NCBI GenBank assembly: GCA_002633005.1
Contig: NMRA01000156.1
Span: 708,488 to 772,487 of the forward strand
Length of the DNA stretch: 64,000 nt
Source: Phoronis australis
Lineage: Eukaryota; Animalia; Phoronida
Reading direction: 5' to 3'
The notes beneath the pieces are model-generated. The model saw only the letters and a list, made by a program, of their open reading frames with translations. It was not told the origin of the DNA and searched no databases. Below, piece after piece: positions 61,706 through 64,000 of the stretch. Within the stretch, counting starts at the first letter, position 1; each line of letters starts with the position of its first letter. The position numbers and the translations under genes are program-made.

Positions 61706-62273
61706 GTAAGATAAATTTTAAATAATATTCAAAACTGTACACGCTGTCGCTTTGCGGAAGCTAGTAGGCCTTGGGCCACAGTAAGCGAACAACATTACTA
61801 ATGGCGTATAACATCGAAGGACACTGTCGGAAGCCGCTTTTCTTTTGAATTGCGATTTTTGCAACATAATTGTGTGTAGTTGCTTGAATGCTACTTACCT
61901 GTCGTATTTTTGCAATTAAATAAACATTATGGGAATTAAATTAATTCGAGTGCGGGTGACTTTCAACGGTTTCGACCCCCTCTCTGTTCAGTAATTACTT
62001 AAATGGATATAAAATCAAAAATAAACTTTTGTTATAAAATACAAATTGCAATCCATAACCTACAACAAAACTTATTCCACCTTGCTTTCCACCTACGCAA
62101 ATCAAGAAACGTAGGACAAAACGGCAAATAGTCTTGCATATCGCAGTTTATCCGTCTACCAGTCCCGATGTTTGAAATTGCTTTTTATTTAACTTGAAGC
62201 ATTATAAATAAATCGAAAATAAACATATTCGCATTCAAACTCGCGGCATTGTTTTTGTTTTCCATTTACCTAA

Positions 62274-62516
62274 CATGATAAAACGTCTGAAGTTGTGCGG
62301 TCATTGTCTTCAGGATCCGCCGCTGTCTCTTCATCCAAAGCTACTGGGACAATTGCAGGCACTGGTTCGAACCTGTAGGGCCCATTTATGTTGTCAAGAA
62401 CACGCTCACGATGGTCGTTGTGCATATCGTCTGTGACCGACGCTTCATCGTCACAAAAGATATTCTAAAATTTCCTCGTCGCTGGAAGACTCGTCGCTAA
62501 AGCTTTCGTAATCCAT
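62274..62516 (-). pseudogene. KolX/P2X7-ballast-like protein N-terminal pseudo-exon
   Basis: MDYESFSDESSSDEEILE, one frameshift, then FCDDEAS...NGPYRFEPVP...DNDRTTSDVLS. Acidic leader plus PYxFEP motif; the Cys-rich part is absent. Confidence 0.55.
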
Positions 62517-64000
62517 GTTGGTTTCTGCCTTGTGTGACTGCGGTTTACCAGCCGAGTTCATTCCTACAACACAGCTGTCTTCCGGACTCGACATCATAGA
62601 CGCTTATGTAACCGCCTAGTCTGTATTCAGAATAGACTCGGCTGAAGTCGGAGAAGGTCATTACTGCTGGGCTTATCTAATTAATGACGCTGTGCGGACA
62701 GTAACTACCCCAAGTAACGGGACCCTGCAGTGCTATTCTTTGAGTTGAAAAGCAGTTGTTTTGGTGTGAAACTATGTCTTTAAGAAATACATATACGGTG
62801 TATAACCAATGACATAGACAGATCGGCTATCACTTACAAAGGGTCTGCCATTTTGTTGTGTGGAAAAGACTGTTATGGACCTGCAAGCCAGTGGGCCAAA
62901 AGGCTCTGTTGGGTCAATTTTAACAAAATAGATACTAAAATGCTTGTACTTTCATACTCTTTCCACTGACATTACTTTCGAATGTTTTGAAATTAAAATG
63001 AAAATCCTCTTCACTCCTTAAAGGAGAATGCCACCCAAAAAAAGAACCTATTTTGTATCAATTTAGATCGAGTAGTTCCACTCTTTAACAACAAGTTCAG
63101 TTGTTTTACCCGACACCTGATGGGAGACGGAGATGTTGAAATTAACCAATGACGTAATCGCTTCGAACGCAGTCTGTTCAGCTGTTCACAACATGCTTAC
63201 TGGTTTCAACTTATTGCTTGAATTCATCGTTTTACCCCAATAAATTGGATGTAAAACCCTTACAAATACATCGAGTTCTTAAACAAACATGTTGTTTTAT
63301 TTCACTGTTACAGATTTATAGGTATTTGAACGTACAGAGTTCGGTAGGCCAATTTTCCATGGTCTATCGCGGGAGTTAGGGTCTGTTTGGTAATAAATTC
63401 GAATCATTCTTCCATGAAATACAGACAGAACATAGCTGTATGTTGTAATTTTAGACTTGCAATTTTTTTTTCAGTTCTAAACACACAAAACGGTTGTTAT
63501 CCCACCCAGTGGCTCGGAACCAGATCAGGCTCGTCGCAGGACTGGACATCACGAGCATAAACCAGCTTAAGTTGGAAACTAAACCTCCAGTCAAGAAAAG
63601 ACTATACTAGTGAGCCAAAGAAATAATGTGCACGTAATTATTTTGGTGAATTAGCCACAAAACTGAAAACCTACGAAAACCTACATACTTGTAGGGGGCC
63701 GCAAAGTCACTGAGGTTCCCATTAAACGGAAAAGTCAAGGCAAAAGTTGCACAGTAACAACGATTTGAATAATGTATTCGTATATTTAGATAAAGATTCC
63801 CCAAAAATGTTAACATAGCATGTAAGATCGAGTAAATGTTTCACAACAGCTTTCTGTCAGCAAACACTGAATTAGCACGCGCTCACATGGCCTCGGTGCT
63901 CGGTCAATTATCTTTATTGTATCTAAAGCCCGTAACGCATAACATTTGCACTCACGAATACTCCAATGGCACTACAAATTGTATCTACTGAGACAGACTA

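Larger units (their letters stand above)
60903..63017. mobile_element. Decayed, internally deleted Kolobok-like DNA transposon
   Basis: Convergent THAP and KolX-like pseudo-ORFs; right end CACTCC|TTAA; left end only approximately placed by a weak inverted match (GGAGTTCAGATG...). Confidence 0.6.

Overview
AT-rich, intron-rich animal genomic DNA, probably a marine invertebrate; the taxon is inferred from gene structure and repeat types only. Two spliced genes converge tail-to-tail. On + is a cytosolic carboxypeptidase 6 gene (AGBL4/CCP6): 10 phase-consistent exons at 2625-14806, three possible C-termini, and a clear U12-type (minor spliceosome) intron at 12472-14631. On - is the 3' part of the RNA polymerase I largest subunit gene (POLR1A): 19 exons at 55283-19335, with one conserved ~65-aa block missing next to a single N. 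An intronless, divergent class A GPCR with its own TATA box (58702-59856, +) lies antisense within an apparent POLR1A intron. The introns hold many mobile elements: four Helentron-type HINEs whose internal ~150/450-bp repeats each carry a CTCF-like motif, Penelope-type minimal hammerhead ribozymes, a decayed Kolobok-like element (THAP plus KolX-like ORFs), hAT-like elements with 6-bp TSDs, an inverted pair of Harbinger-type MITEs bracketing two POLR1A exons, a tRNA cloverleaf inside a foldback element, and several minisatellites. All coordinates were read by eye. Most short ORFs in the supplied track are spurious.
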